Shown: positions 1 through 10,441 of the stretch, piece after piece
Layout: each line of letters opens with the position of its first letter
Numbering within the stretch: position 1 is the first letter of the stretch
Source of the DNA: a virus
UHGV virus genome: UHGV-0175244
Strand: one strand, 5' to 3'
Length of the DNA stretch: 44,935 bases
Made by a program: the position numbers and the translations under genes
The notes under the pieces: generated by a model
The model's database searches: none
Told to the model about the DNA's origin: nothing
Seen by the model: only the letters and a program-made list of their open reading frames with translations

Positions 1-49
1 GGGAGCATAGCTTGTCACTGATGCGCTCAATTTTACAAGGAATAAACCG

Positions 50-589
50 ATGCCATTACCCGAACGTCTGCAACCAGCCAAAGTAAACCGCCAGAAACTG
101 AAACAGCTAGCGGACATGGCCGAAGAGATACTGGCGCAAATTGATAACGGGGCTAAGGAAGAGGATACCGGGTTGAAAATGTTGATAAATGACTGGAATA
201 GCCTGGTTATTAACCCGTATGCATTCTCTGATTTCCGGGATTTCTCTTCATGGACCAGTGCAAAAGACTTCACCCGGATGGCGTTTAATCAGGAAAAATA
301 CGTGGCGGATTTATCCTGGGATGAGCTGATTCAGATCATCCAGTTTGTGTGTCAGGCCGAAGGTAAGGAATCTGAACAAAGCTACGCGCTGGGACTGCTT
401 GAGAAAAACTTTGATGCCAATCCATCCGACCTCATCTACTGGCCTAATGAATGGTTTCAGGATAAAGACATGCTTCATGTCGATTTAACGCCTGAAGAAA
501 TCGCCGGATACCTGATGGCAAAATCTGGCCGGCGGCTAAGCGATGCGCCGCACATCGAGCTGAAGTATCCTATCCCTTCAAATATTTAA
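50..589 (+). CDS. hypothetical protein with C-terminal colicin/pyocin DNase-immunity-like (Im7/Im9-type) domain
   Basis: 179-aa ORF with AAGGA about 10 nt upstream; C-terminal ~85 aa recalls E-colicin immunity proteins (PSDLIYWPNEW cf. Im9 GSDLIYYPKEG); N-terminal ~90 aa unassigned; recall-based. Confidence 0.4.
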   Translation: MPLPERLQPAKVNRQKLKQLADMAEEILAQIDNGAKEEDTGLKMLINDWNSLVINPYAFSDFRDFSSWTSAKDFTRMAFNQEKYVADLSWDELIQIIQFVCQAEGKESEQSYALGLLEKNFDANPSDLIYWPNEWFQDKDMLHVDLTPEEIAGYLMAKSGRRLSDAPHIELKYPIPSNI

Positions 590-1056
590 GGTGTATTACC
601 CTGCCCGCAAAATGTGAGTACGGGCCCCGCTCCAGTGAGGAGTCTACCAGGTATATAGCCTGCGGATATTCAACGTAATGCGCGACTATTATGAATAGTT
701 CAGAGTAACGAACCATGCATAATTTGCGTTATGTCCGACGCCCTTCAGAAGCCAGCGATAGTGTAAGTATCACTGCAAAAAGCAGGGCGAGGCTAAACGT
801 TGTCTTGCAATAGGTAGACCAGGCGATCAACTACTGATGAATCCGTTTAATGCTCCGCCAGGCGCCAACTCAATGAATGCCAAGTCATCGACAGCATGCA
901 CATCTTTGCTGATGAGTTACCACTTAATAAACCCCTGAGTGCTATCCAGGATTGATAGCGGAAACTAGAGGATAAAAGTACATAGCTGCAAAGGTGTTCG
1001 AGTTAGTCGGTTACGTCGTGCTCATGAAGCTATTTTGGGTAATTTGGATGTTGCTA

Positions 1057-1341
1057 TTACCGCGGATGCGGAAAGTATTTCTCCATTTTCACGAACTCTG
1101 GTTCAACCCATTTAGGCCCCTTCACTACTTGACCATTCTCACCAGTCATCAAAATTCCGGCCTGATATAATCGGTCAAACGACTCGATTAATTCCGCATT
1201 TGTGATGTGCTCTGTTCGCCCCCTGATGATTAATGGGTCTAATCTGTACAAAGGAATCTTGTACGCAAGCGCGGTTAGCAGGTCATCAATAGACTCATCA
1301 CGAAGCATTGCCTTAAATCTTTCAAGTTCAATATCTGACAT
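1057..1341 (-). CDS. hypothetical protein
   Basis: 94-aa ORF in AT-rich left flank; no recognisable motif. Confidence 0.3.
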   Translation of the reverse strand: MSDIELERFKAMLRDESIDDLLTALAYKIPLYRLDPLIIRGRTEHITNAELIESFDRLYQAGILMTGENGQVVKGPKWVEPEFVKMEKYFPHPR

Positions 1342-1804
1342 GTGAAATCAGGCTCCTGTTCCTTCAATATAACGAAGGAGTATTCATATATTACCCAAGC
1401 CTTAATATTTTTGAGGAAGGCTCCTGACAGCAACTGTATCCTACCACAGCCGCCATGCTTAGCGCTCGCTGATTATCGGTCTGAAAACATGATGCGGGTA
1501 ATGAAGTGCCCCTGCTGTTACGTGTCGTTGGCTGACAATAATGCATTCCAACTCACGCGCATCAAACGGTGCTAAAGGCCACCGCCATCAGACAGCTTAT
1601 AGGGTTTGTCCTTAGTTTTAGATATATCGACCTGGCGGGCTGCGAGCTTCACCTGAGGTATCTCCTTTCATTGAACAGGAATCTCCCTCCACATGAATGT
1701 GGATTTCAATGAATCATACAAGACATTGAGGTAATGGAATATTTGAAAATGCCGCGTATATACTGGGCTGAGTAGACTTCAGGGGACGTTAAGAGAAGTG
1801 AGTA

Positions 1805-1849
1805 TGGCACGCCCTACAGGATTCGAACCTGTGACCTACGGCTTAGAAG
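1805..1849. repeat. int-distal attachment-site core (45-bp copy of tRNA-Arg 3' end)
   Basis: tggcacgccctacaggattcgaacctgtgacctacggcttagaag is identical to 43603-43647; flanks diverge immediately outside. Confidence 0.85.
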
Positions 1850-2014
1850 AAAGTAGAGCGTTAAATAACACACTGTAATCACACATGTTTTCCGCGTTCG
1901 CATCCGGTTTTGTGTCGTTTCGTGTCGTTGTGTGACTTCCTTGTCCTTATCGCGCTTTTCAGTTACGCCACAAATGCGACACATCAAACAGGACTGGCAT
2001 CCTGCCTCAAATCG

Positions 2015-2311
2015 TTAATCGTGTGTGGCTACGCCGAGAACTTCCACATCTTCCAGCGCCTCACCTTCAATGCTCTCGCCTTCGGCTGTGATAAAAGAGC
2101 TGCCCATCAATTTTGCAAACTGCAGTTCGCCAGCCAGGCGGATAAGCAGGACGCTTCCTTGCGTCACTTTTAACGACAGGTCAACTGAGTATTTTTCAGC
2201 GATTCCGACAGTAACGGTAACAGAAGCGGCATTTTCATCGAGAGAAAGAGACTTTACCTGCCACAGAGCTGACAAGTTGAGGATATGTGCATAGAGGGAC
2301 TTTTCGTCCAT
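2015..2311 (-). CDS. hypothetical protein (between att and gtrA)
   Basis: 98-aa ORF; GAGGT about 8 nt upstream of ATG; no recognisable family. Confidence 0.35.
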   Translation of the reverse strand: MDEKSLYAHILNLSALWQVKSLSLDENAASVTVTVGIAEKYSVDLSLKVTQGSVLLIRLAGELQFAKLMGSSFITAEGESIEGEALEDVEVLGVATHD

Positions 2312-2546
2312 GGTGGTGACCTCTGGCGATTTAATACGCCATTATCATGCCTTCAGCCACCACAACAAGGGAAGACCCATGGATAAACAGTAATATCGAT
2401 CGGTAGATTTGATCAAGGCGAAACGGCTCACAGTTTTGTAAAGCCACTGTTGGCGCTGAAATTTTAATCTGGCGGCTTCGTTTATGGGTGACTAACCTCA
2501 AATTACCCACCCCGTAGCCAGCTCAGAGAGGCGCGGTTGAGTCATT

Positions 2547-2567
2547 GCCCGGTCGCCGGGCTTTTTT
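2547..2567 (+). terminator. rho-independent terminator upstream of gtr operon
   Basis: gcccgg-tcg-ccgggc hairpin followed by T6. Confidence 0.45.
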
Positions 2568-2590
2568 CATTAACCCCGCTTTACTAATTC

Positions 2591-2619
2591 TTGCCAAAAA
2601 CCAGACGTAGTGGCAAGAT
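2591..2619 (+). promoter_or_regulatory. candidate sigma70 promoter for gtrABC
   Basis: TTGCCA, 17-nt spacer, CAAGAT; weak -10; about 30 nt upstream of gtrA start. Confidence 0.25.
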
Positions 2620-2648
2620 CCGCACCTTGCGATTATAGGAATATACTG

Positions 2649-3008
2649 ATGTTAAAGCTGTTCGCTCGCTACGCTTCAGTTGGGGCGGTTAACACTCTCA
2701 TTCACTGGATAATTTTTGCTGCTCTTTACTCACAGGGCTTCAACCAGTCGATGTCAAACTTTGCGGCCTTCTGTTGCGCGGTAACCTTTTCATTTTTCGC
2801 AAATGCCAAGTGGACATTTGACGCTGAGACCACCACGTTTCGCTACATAATTTATCTTTTCTTTATGGGCGGCATGGCATCTGCAGTTGGAATGTATGCG
2901 GACAGGTCGCACTCCAGCCCTGTTATTACGCTTATTGCTTTTTCTGCCATCAGCATGGTGTGTGGATTCATTTATTCAAAGTACATTGTTTTCAAGGATA
3001 GAGGATGA
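2649..3008 (+). CDS. gtrA: GtrA-family bactoprenol-linked glucose translocase (flippase)
   Basis: ~120-aa small membrane protein; internal ATG (M14 of listed ORF) with AGGA RBS; directly precedes and overlaps gtrB. Confidence 0.8.
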   Translation: MLKLFARYASVGAVNTLIHWIIFAALYSQGFNQSMSNFAAFCCAVTFSFFANAKWTFDAETTTFRYIIYLFFMGGMASAVGMYADRSHSSPVITLIAFSAISMVCGFIYSKYIVFKDRG

Positions 3009-3934
3009 AAATATCCCTTGTCGTTCCGGTATTTAATGAAGAAGACGCCATAACCATTTTCTATAGGGAAATCCGTCATTTTCAGCCCTTCCAGGGGGAA
3101 GAGGTTGAAATTGTCTTTGTAGATGACGGTAGCACTGACTTCACTGCTGTTCTGATGAAAGAGATGGCGCAGGAAGATAGTCTGGTCAAAAACATATTCT
3201 TTACTCGCAACTTTGGTAAAGAAGCTGCGTTATTTGCTGGGCTAGCAGAGGCCAGCGGCGAGGTGGTAATACCTATAGACGTGGACCTTCAGGACCCGCT
3301 GGAAGTCATTCCGCGCATGATTGAGAAATGGCGAGAAGGGGCTGATGTTGTTCTGGCAAAGCGCATGGATAGGTCTTGCGATAGCTACCTCAAGAAAAAA
3401 AGCGCTGAATGGTTCTACCATCTTCACAACTTAATCAGTAATCCTCAAATTGAAGAGAACGTAGGCGATTTTCGTCTTATGTCCCGAGAAGTTGTCGAAC
3501 ACATCAAGCTGCTGCCTGAGAGAAACCTTTTTATGAAGGGGATACTATCCTGGGTAGGTGGTAAGACAGATGTGGTTGAATACGTAAGAGCCGAAAGAGC
3601 CGCAGGAAAAAGTAAGTTTAATGGCTGGAAGCTTTGGAATCTGGCGCTTGAAGGGATAACGAGTTTTTCTACCTTCCCGCTGAGAATGTGGACGTATATC
3701 GGTCTCTTCGTAGCCGGTTGCTCATTTTTTTATGGGGCATACATGATTGTGGATACCCTTTGTTTTGGCAATCCGGTGAAGGGATATACATCGATAATGG
3801 TATCGATGCTATTCCTTGGCGGCGTTCAGCTGATAGGTATTGGAGTGCTCGGCGAATACATTGGCCGCATTTACATCGAAACAAAGAACAGACCAAGATA
3901 CATTACGAAAAGGGATAATGTTGAACATGAGTGA
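3005..3934 (+). CDS. gtrB: GtrB bactoprenol glucosyltransferase (GT2 family)
   Basis: 309 aa; N-terminal [10 protein letters not shown] and VDDGSTD glycosyltransferase-2 motifs; C-terminal membrane segments. Confidence 0.9.
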   Translation: MKISLVVPVFNEEDAITIFYREIRHFQPFQGEEVEIVFVDDGSTDFTAVLMKEMAQEDSLVKNIFFTRNFGKEAALFAGLAEASGEVVIPIDVDLQDPLEVIPRMIEKWREGADVVLAKRMDRSCDSYLKKKSAEWFYHLHNLISNPQIEENVGDFRLMSREVVEHIKLLPERNLFMKGILSWVGGKTDVVEYVRAERAAGKSKFNGWKLWNLALEGITSFSTFPLRMWTYIGLFVAGCSFFYGAYMIVDTLCFGNPVKGYTSIMVSMLFLGGVQLIGIGVLGEYIGRIYIETKNRPRYITKRDNVEHE

Positions 3935-5411
3935 TTCAGCGTTAAAAAACGATAAATTCCAGCGAATTTTTAGAATTGTTTTGCCATTGTCCCTTTTATA
4001 CATATCTTGGATTGTTTTTACTGGCAGACTTTACATTGATGACTTAGGCCGTTCTCTTTACGGTTATACATCGTGGGGACAGGACGGCAGGCCAGCCTCT
4101 GATCTATTAATGTCAGCCTTGAGTTTTGGCACGCCAATCCTAGACATTACACCCCTTCCCCAGATTTTATCTGTCATTGCCTTAAGTGCAGTTCTGTCAC
4201 TTTGGGGGGTAAAGTATCTGCCAAGAAAAGGCACAACCTCTTCTGCTGTATGTGTTTTATATTTTATTCTATCACCATTTTTCCTTGAGAATATCTCATA
4301 TCGTTATGACTCACTACCTATGTCTTTGAGTCTTGTTGCACTATTATTGCCATATGCATTGAAGAAAAAACCTTGGTCTCCTTTTCTACATTTCATTTCT
4401 GTTATCGCTTCCCTGTCTTTTTATCAGGCATCAATATCGTTATTCATATTACTTATGATTATTGATGTAATTCATCTTTATTTTTCTAAAAAAGATGATT
4501 TAAGACATCTAGAAATAATCAAGTCAATTGCAATTAACACGCTTGCCTTTGCTGCTGGATTTGTTTTTTATAAGGTATTAATTGCTAGCTCCTTTGCGTC
4601 AGGCTCTTATTCTGATGAGCACTCAAAAATTATAAACGTTGACCACACCTTTTTTGATGTACTGTATAATAATACAGTTGTCATATTTACGTGGCTTTTA
4701 AACCCGCTTTATAAGTGCTCACCTTTTCTCTTTAAGGGGTGCGCATTGATCTTGCTAGTTAGCATCATAAAGATATCAATGACATCCAAAGATGTGAAAT
4801 CCAGAGTTATTAACTTATTTTTACTTTCCGCCTTGATTACTGCGGGCTTTTTCTCTTGCTTTGCACACATTGCACTTCTTAAAACCCCTGTGCTAGCGCC
4901 TAGAGTATTAATATCTTTCACAGGATTCTTCCTGCTTTTTGCATACCTAGTAGTCCAAGCCTTTGAAAGTAAAAAAATTCAGCTGATACTTTTGGCCCCT
5001 GTTGTTTTTTTTAGTTTCATACTTTCATTTTCTTATGCAAACGCATCAAGCTCCCAAAAGGAGCTAGATAAATTAATTTCCACCTCAATTTATAACGACA
5101 TTTCTCATCAAGATTTGAGTTTTAAAAATGTTTTCATTCATGGCGTTATGCCAACATCGAAGCAGAGGGCATTGATAGTCGAGAGACTTCCGATAATGAA
5201 TTCTCTGATACCTATTTATTTAAATAACAATTGGTCTTGGGGGGCTATGATTCTTAAGCATTACCTTCTCGACTACAATGTGGACGCAACAATTACAGAT
5301 CCAAAAAAGGAAATCTGCTCCTTAACACCATTCTCCAGGTCTAAGGATTATTCACTATACAGCAAAGGTGATACCTTAATAGTATCATTTGATAAGACTG
5401 GATGCCGCTGA
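3918..5411 (+). CDS. GtrC-type serotype-specific O-antigen glucosyltransferase (polytopic membrane protein)
   Basis: about 497 aa, highly hydrophobic, markedly AT-rich relative to the rest of the prophage; start overlaps gtrB end (ATG at 3918 or 3927); third gene of a gtr operon. Confidence 0.6.
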   Translation: MLNMSDSALKNDKFQRIFRIVLPLSLLYISWIVFTGRLYIDDLGRSLYGYTSWGQDGRPASDLLMSALSFGTPILDITPLPQILSVIALSAVLSLWGVKYLPRKGTTSSAVCVLYFILSPFFLENISYRYDSLPMSLSLVALLLPYALKKKPWSPFLHFISVIASLSFYQASISLFILLMIIDVIHLYFSKKDDLRHLEIIKSIAINTLAFAAGFVFYKVLIASSFASGSYSDEHSKIINVDHTFFDVLYNNTVVIFTWLLNPLYKCSPFLFKGCALILLVSIIKISMTSKDVKSRVINLFLLSALITAGFFSCFAHIALLKTPVLAPRVLISFTGFFLLFAYLVVQAFESKKIQLILLAPVVFFSFILSFSYANASSSQKELDKLISTSIYNDISHQDLSFKNVFIHGVMPTSKQRALIVERLPIMNSLIPIYLNNNWSWGAMILKHYLLDYNVDATITDPKKEICSLTPFSRSKDYSLYSKGDTLIVSFDKTGCR

Positions 5412-5420
5412 TTAAAGTCT

Positions 5421-5447
5421 AGGCCGCCATGCGGCCTACTTTATTTT
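5421..5447. terminator. hairpin terminator between convergent gtrC and tfa
   Basis: aggccgc-cat-gcggcct stem-loop followed by T-rich tract. Confidence 0.4.
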
Positions 5448-5836
5448 GGCCAGTCAATATCAGGTGCCTTGGAAGTATCAACCCGGCTTAAAAGCACGCG
5501 ATATTTTTTCAGTGTAGTTAACTGTGTTCTTTCTTCATCTGTCGCCATGTCTAGGTCGACCGCATCCTGAAGTATGGAGATCGTCTGGCTTGCTTCAGCT
5601 ATAAGATTAGCCTTTTGCTGCTCTGCCTGAGAAATCAAATCCTCTTTTGGTACCTCCGGCTCAGGAGGAACGTTAAACACACCTTCTTTGTATGTTCCGC
5701 CAATCCCGCAAAGATTATCACCGCACCTTACTGCATGAGCGCCTTCAGGCGGCCCCCATTCTGTGACGCCATCCCATACAACAATATTAATTATCAGGCC
5801 ATCTGAGTTAACAACTGCATAGCTTTCCGGAACCAT
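5441..5836 (-). CDS. tfa: tail fibre assembly protein (chaperone)
   Basis: 131 aa; C-terminal ...DIDWPK typical of Tfa-type chaperones; immediately downstream of tail fibre gene. Confidence 0.75.
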   Translation of the reverse strand: MVPESYAVVNSDGLIINIVVWDGVTEWGPPEGAHAVRCGDNLCGIGGTYKEGVFNVPPEPEVPKEDLISQAEQQKANLIAEASQTISILQDAVDLDMATDEERTQLTTLKKYRVLLSRVDTSKAPDIDWPK

Positions 5837-6765
5837 TACGCGTACTCCATAATCAGTATTGCGCCATCATTTCCCGCAAGCCCAGCCTGAGCAGCGGAGC
5901 TTGCGTTAACAAAAATACCAGACCCCCCACGCCCTCTCTCACCACCAGGGAAAGGAGATGCCGGAGAAAGCCATCCGGTTCCCGATCCTGTCGCTGCCTG
6001 AAGAAAGTTCCACGCCTGTGAACCAGTACTGGAGAGAATAATCTCAGTACTGTGGTATTTGTTGATAACTGGCTTGTCATATGATGGCTGCGCAACTGCG
6101 GTAGTAGCGCCGACTGATCCCGGGCCTGACCCATACCCTCCAGTAACATCAGCGATATCTGCAATTGCGGTTGTACCACCTGCAAACCCGGCGCCATTTA
6201 CCTGTGACTTGCCACCAGTACCAACGCTTACAGCCTTACCTGCACCAATATCAGATGCATACGCCTTTATAAATGCGTAACCTCCACTGTTACCGGCGGC
6301 AGATCCACCAGTCTGATTCGACGAAGTTGCAGGAACTCCGCCTGACGCACCTCCACCGGCTATCATATGAGCAAGAATGAACTTCATGCCTGGAGTAGGA
6401 TTATAAATACCGGAGTTGTAGAATACCTGTATGTTTAGCAGCCTACCAACGTATCCGCTCGCATCTCCCAAACCAAGGTTTTCGAGAGCCGTTTTCACCG
6501 TGCCATCCGATTTGATATCACCAAACGGATTCTTGCGGCTTAACAGCAGCGCACGAAGCGCGGTAAGCAGCTGGTCGTGCCGCCCCTTCTCCAGGCTGGC
6601 ACCGGATGCCTCAACAACGCTACAAAGTTCTTCCTGCAACATGTCAAAGTAGTCATCATCCAGATCGGTGGCAGGTGTGCCGGTCTGGGGGTTACCACGG
6701 GTAAAACCGTTCTTACCCGCGCCGAACTTATCCTTCTGCGCGGTTTTCGTGTCTATACGATGCAT
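5836..6765 (-). CDS. tail fibre protein
   Basis: 309 aa; conserved fibre N-terminus ([27 protein letters not shown]), Gly/Ser-rich distal part. Confidence 0.8.
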   Translation of the reverse strand: MHRIDTKTAQKDKFGAGKNGFTRGNPQTGTPATDLDDDYFDMLQEELCSVVEASGASLEKGRHDQLLTALRALLLSRKNPFGDIKSDGTVKTALENLGLGDASGYVGRLLNIQVFYNSGIYNPTPGMKFILAHMIAGGGASGGVPATSSNQTGGSAAGNSGGYAFIKAYASDIGAGKAVSVGTGGKSQVNGAGFAGGTTAIADIADVTGGYGSGPGSVGATTAVAQPSYDKPVINKYHSTEIILSSTGSQAWNFLQAATGSGTGWLSPASPFPGGERGRGGSGIFVNASSAAQAGLAGNDGAILIMEYA

Positions 6766-6768
6766 GGA

Positions 6769-7353
6769 TTACTCCGGATATTTAAAAATTACGTAGGTAT
6801 GCGACGGGCAGAGTTTGTTAAGCACGCACTCGACAACGGTGTCGCCCCAGATACGCAGTGCGGAATCACAGGGATCGCCACATGTCATCCAGGTGGTGTT
6901 GGTGGCTGCTGGCATGTTGATCTGCCAGTAATACCGCCATTCAGGCGCGTTCACAGCGTCAGTACAGGCCGATGAGCAGGTGAACGTGCTTTTGTCGTAT
7001 CGCGTGATGGTGGCATCTGGTCTGCCCAGGGCAGCAAGCTGTGCAAGATAAAAATCCTCGTTGATGCCGCCCGCCAGGTTAACCTTCGCATCCAGTCGTT
7101 GCTGACGCTGGCGAAGGGTCTGTGTTCCTGCGGGAATACATTCATCCGGCAGGCCGCACAGACGCTCCCAGCGATTTATCAGTTCGGTGGTGGTGCGCGG
7201 ATCCAGCTCCCGCATCAGGGCATCCGCACGCTGATGAACGCGGGTTAATGACGGTGCCGCACCGGCAATCGCCGGATCGCTGGCTGACCACGCCGGACCG
7301 GGCGGCAGCAGTGCCGACAACAGACGGATGTAATCATCGTTTGTCACGTCCAT
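6769..7353 (-). CDS. putative tail protein (YmfQ/DUF2313-like, Mu gp48-like)
   Basis: 194 aa, between baseplate J-like gene and tail fibre; N-terminus recalls YmfQ family. Confidence 0.6.
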   Translation of the reverse strand: MDVTNDDYIRLLSALLPPGPAWSASDPAIAGAAPSLTRVHQRADALMRELDPRTTTELINRWERLCGLPDECIPAGTQTLRQRQQRLDAKVNLAGGINEDFYLAQLAALGRPDATITRYDKSTFTCSSACTDAVNAPEWRYYWQINMPAATNTTWMTCGDPCDSALRIWGDTVVECVLNKLCPSHTYVIFKYPE

Positions 7354-8402
7354 GAAATCGTCCCCAGAACCGCCAGTTCATTTTTTGCAATGGAGATATT
7401 TTCCGCCGGTGCAAGCAACTGATGGCTGTATTCCCCGTTCGCACCGGAAATCGCTTCACTGATACGCGACACCTTCAGTTCTCCCTGGGGATAACCATCA
7501 CGCAGCAGGAACGAACGCAACTCCGCGGTGATGGCAGCCCGTATTTCCGGTGTATCCGGCGTCACACGGATATGAAAATCCACCGTATGCGCCACCGGCC
7601 TGAACACATACAAATCAGAGCCTGCCACCGGGGCCAGTGGCCCGATATGTTGTCTTGCCGCCGTTTCCGTTGATTCTTCCGGAATGGGATTAATCAGGTC
7701 ACTGCTGGCAATCATCACACCGACAGTCCCCGTTCCCATCCAGTGACGGTATGCCCATGCGCGGGTAATGCCGGGCACTTCTTTAGCCCAGACAACATAG
7801 TCCCCGTCAGCCCCGCCCTGAGGAGTCCAGTAATACCGCTCAATGACGCGGGCGCGCCACGTTTCCAGATCTTCAGTATCAAATCCACCTGTCAGAGTGT
7901 CTGCCACGCCGGAAGACGGCAGACCATTAACCGGCGTAACCAGGATTAATGACGTACCGTCGTCAGCGTTACCGACCGCTCCTGCACTTGAGCAGGCGAT
8001 CGGCACGCGCAGGACACCACCGGCGCTGGTTGCATCGGCAGTTGCCGTGTACTGAACCAGGTCATCGCGCTGAATAACACTCCCGGCGGTCACCTTCAGG
8101 CCATCGCTGACGCCTTCCCAGCGCATATACCCGCTGGCAGTCGTGGCCCCCTTGCGCGGACACCGTTTCATCGCAGCATGTCGCGCCAGCCAGGACTCAT
8201 CGCACAGGTCAGGCAGCATGTTCATTGCCAGATAATCGATGTACCCGTAAACCGTATGCAGCGCCGCCGCATACACCTTTGCCCGCACGTCTTCATCCAT
8301 GCGCCGGAGCGTGTCGCTGACGTCCAGCCTGGCGAATAAATCGTTACGGAGCATACTGATATTTTCTGCCAGCGTCGGGCGCTGAAATTCACTGTCCGCC
8401 AT
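7344..8402 (-). CDS. baseplate J-like protein (Mu gp47-like)
   Basis: 352 aa; position and sequence character of baseplate wedge J family. Confidence 0.75.
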   Translation of the reverse strand: MADSEFQRPTLAENISMLRNDLFARLDVSDTLRRMDEDVRAKVYAAALHTVYGYIDYLAMNMLPDLCDESWLARHAAMKRCPRKGATTASGYMRWEGVSDGLKVTAGSVIQRDDLVQYTATADATSAGGVLRVPIACSSAGAVGNADDGTSLILVTPVNGLPSSGVADTLTGGFDTEDLETWRARVIERYYWTPQGGADGDYVVWAKEVPGITRAWAYRHWMGTGTVGVMIASSDLINPIPEESTETAARQHIGPLAPVAGSDLYVFRPVAHTVDFHIRVTPDTPEIRAAITAELRSFLLRDGYPQGELKVSRISEAISGANGEYSHQLLAPAENISIAKNELAVLGTISWT

Positions 8403-8817
8403 GCGTTATCGCACTCCACAGATCATCAAAAGAAATCATTACCGGTCCGTCACGACGCCAGAGAGTGATACTGTTACCCAGTTCATTAATCCCGGTGCGG
8501 CGGATATCCAGATCAATACGGGACACCACGCCGTCATCAATCATCCATTGCAGGCATTCGCGGATATACCCCCTTACCGTCTGCACCAGCTGATTGGTCA
8601 GTTTGCTGCGCTGAAGCAGCCACAGTCGGGAGCCGTAACGGTCATTCTGTACCGCAGGCCAGGTATCCCCCCACCATCCCATCGGGACGTCGGCGTTGTC
8701 ATCAGGCTCCGCCCGCCGCCAGGTAAACAGGGAAATCACCACGGCGCGGGTCAGCGGATCCAGCGGTGCGCTGGCGCAGGTGCGTTTACCGTTCACCGTC
8801 AGCCACAGTTCCATCAT
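8389..8817 (-). CDS. Mu gp46-like baseplate protein
   Basis: 142 aa; position between gp45-like and gp47-like genes. Confidence 0.6.
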   Translation of the reverse strand: MMELWLTVNGKRTCASAPLDPLTRAVVISLFTWRRAEPDDNADVPMGWWGDTWPAVQNDRYGSRLWLLQRSKLTNQLVQTVRGYIRECLQWMIDDGVVSRIDLDIRRTGINELGNSITLWRRDGPVMISFDDLWSAITHGGQ

Positions 8818-9362
8818 GCCTCCATCGCTTTATCAGGTTTGTCGGTGTTACTGCCCTGACCGTTCTCTCTGTGACGATGCCCGTTATAGGCAAGCCGCAT
8901 CGCTGACATGGTGGTGCCGCTGGAGTCGCACAGGTCTTTCACCTGTCCTGTCACTTCCAGGTCCATTTCAAAACGTGCTTTAGGTGAATTGCGAAACGTG
9001 ATCGTTTTGCCTGCACCGTCCACCACGATCCCCTCCCGGGTCAGCGTCACGGACTGCCCCTGATCGTCATAGACAGCCACCTCACCCGTTTGCAGCCCTT
9101 TCAGGCGGTAGCGACGGTCCGACACCGTAACAACCACCGCATGAGAACGGTCGCCATCCGGAAACAACACCACCGCTTCCGCACCGCTGTTTGCCCTTGC
9201 GGTAAAACCGTAGGGTTCAAGATGTTCAACCCCGGCTTTGGGTTCACCGGCAATCAGGGACACATCCACGGTCTGACATTTCGTGGCGGCACTGATGCTT
9301 TTCACCACGGCCCGCCCAATCAGGCCGAGGAGTTGTCGCTGCATGGCTTCAATCGTCCTCAT
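8814..9362 (-). CDS. baseplate assembly protein V / spike (Mu gp45-like)
   Basis: 182 aa; synteny in Mu-like tail module. Confidence 0.7.
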   Translation of the reverse strand: MRTIEAMQRQLLGLIGRAVVKSISAATKCQTVDVSLIAGEPKAGVEHLEPYGFTARANSGAEAVVLFPDGDRSHAVVVTVSDRRYRLKGLQTGEVAVYDDQGQSVTLTREGIVVDGAGKTITFRNSPKARFEMDLEVTGQVKDLCDSSGTTMSAMRLAYNGHRHRENGQGSNTDKPDKAMEA

Positions 9363-10441
9363 CAGAACGGGTCCTCCTGTACTCTGGCTTTTTTCTTTTT
9401 CCGCGCGCCGGGGGCTTCGGGTTCAGGCAGATAAGCATCAGGTGGGCCGACACGGATTTCCGTCAGGGTGCCGTTCTGGTCCTGAGTAAACGTGACTTCC
9501 GAAACAAGCAGTTCGGTATTGTCGAAACCACAGACCGGATCAAAGACAATCACCCGCTGGTTGGGCTGCCACAGCGTACCGTTACCCTGTCGCCAGCCCT
9601 GCACCACATAGGTGGTTTCATCCGTCCGCGCCGCCCGTTGCCGGGCTTCAAAGTCAGCACGCGCAATACAGCCTGCCCCCGTAGCCTGCCCTGTCTGCCT
9701 GATATACATCGGACGGTAACGGGCAATAAATGCGTCCTCTGCGCGGGCCCGCAGCGCGGTGGTGGTGGCCTCACCGAAATCATCGTCGTTTCCGGCACGC
9801 TGCCCCGCCACCTGGTAAACAGAAAATCGCTCCCGGATACTCTTCTCCGTATCGCAGGAAAGGATGTTTTCCCCGAGTACCAGCGCAGTATGTGCCCGCG
9901 TTGAGCCAATACCGCCAATCACCAGCCTGCCGTGCGGGTCGTCGTAAGCCAGTGCCTGCTGCTGACCGAGTATTTTGTTGATTACCTCAATCACCGTTTC
10001 ACCGTGATCAGGCTGAACATCAGGAATAACACCCGACGGCGCACCGCTGTTCACCACCTCAATGCCGAAAGGCGCAGCAAGCGCCTGCGCAATCTGTACC
10101 AGCGATCGTCCGTTAAACTGTGTCGGTTCGGCTGCACAGTCAATCAGGTCAGCGGTCAGACTGCGTCCGGCAATACCGGTGCTGACCGAACGGGCATCGT
10201 AACGAACGGGCGTCGCCTCCACCCAGCCGGTGATCACCAGCTCATCACCAATCAGCACCTCCACTTTTGAACCGTTTTTAATGCGCGGCTGAAGCGTGGT
10301 AATACCCTCATCTCCCGGCCACTGGCGGGTGATCTCCACACTGAAATCCCGCGCCAGCCGTTCAATACCGGCACCGATGCGCACCGATGTCCAGCCATTC
10401 CACTCCCGGCCATTTACCCGTAGCGTGACATTGTCGTTCAT
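9362..10441 (-). CDS. Mu P (gp44)-like tail/baseplate hub protein
   Basis: 359 aa; N-terminus MNDNVTLRVNGREW... typical of this family; synteny. Confidence 0.7.
   Translation of the reverse strand: MNDNVTLRVNGREWNGWTSVRIGAGIERLARDFSVEITRQWPGDEGITTLQPRIKNGSKVEVLIGDELVITGWVEATPVRYDARSVSTGIAGRSLTADLIDCAAEPTQFNGRSLVQIAQALAAPFGIEVVNSGAPSGVIPDVQPDHGETVIEVINKILGQQQALAYDDPHGRLVIGGIGSTRAHTALVLGENILSCDTEKSIRERFSVYQVAGQRAGNDDDFGEATTTALRARAEDAFIARYRPMYIRQTGQATGAGCIARADFEARQRAARTDETTYVVQGWRQGNGTLWQPNQRVIVFDPVCGFDNTELLVSEVTFTQDQNGTLTEIRVGPPDAYLPEPEAPGARKKKKARVQEDPF

Noticed and set aside
1342-2294. ORFs 1342-1575, 1910-2173 and 2025-2294 as genes
   Set aside because: They overlap the att repeat region or the better-supported minus-strand ORF 2015-2311 and have no RBS or recognisable features.
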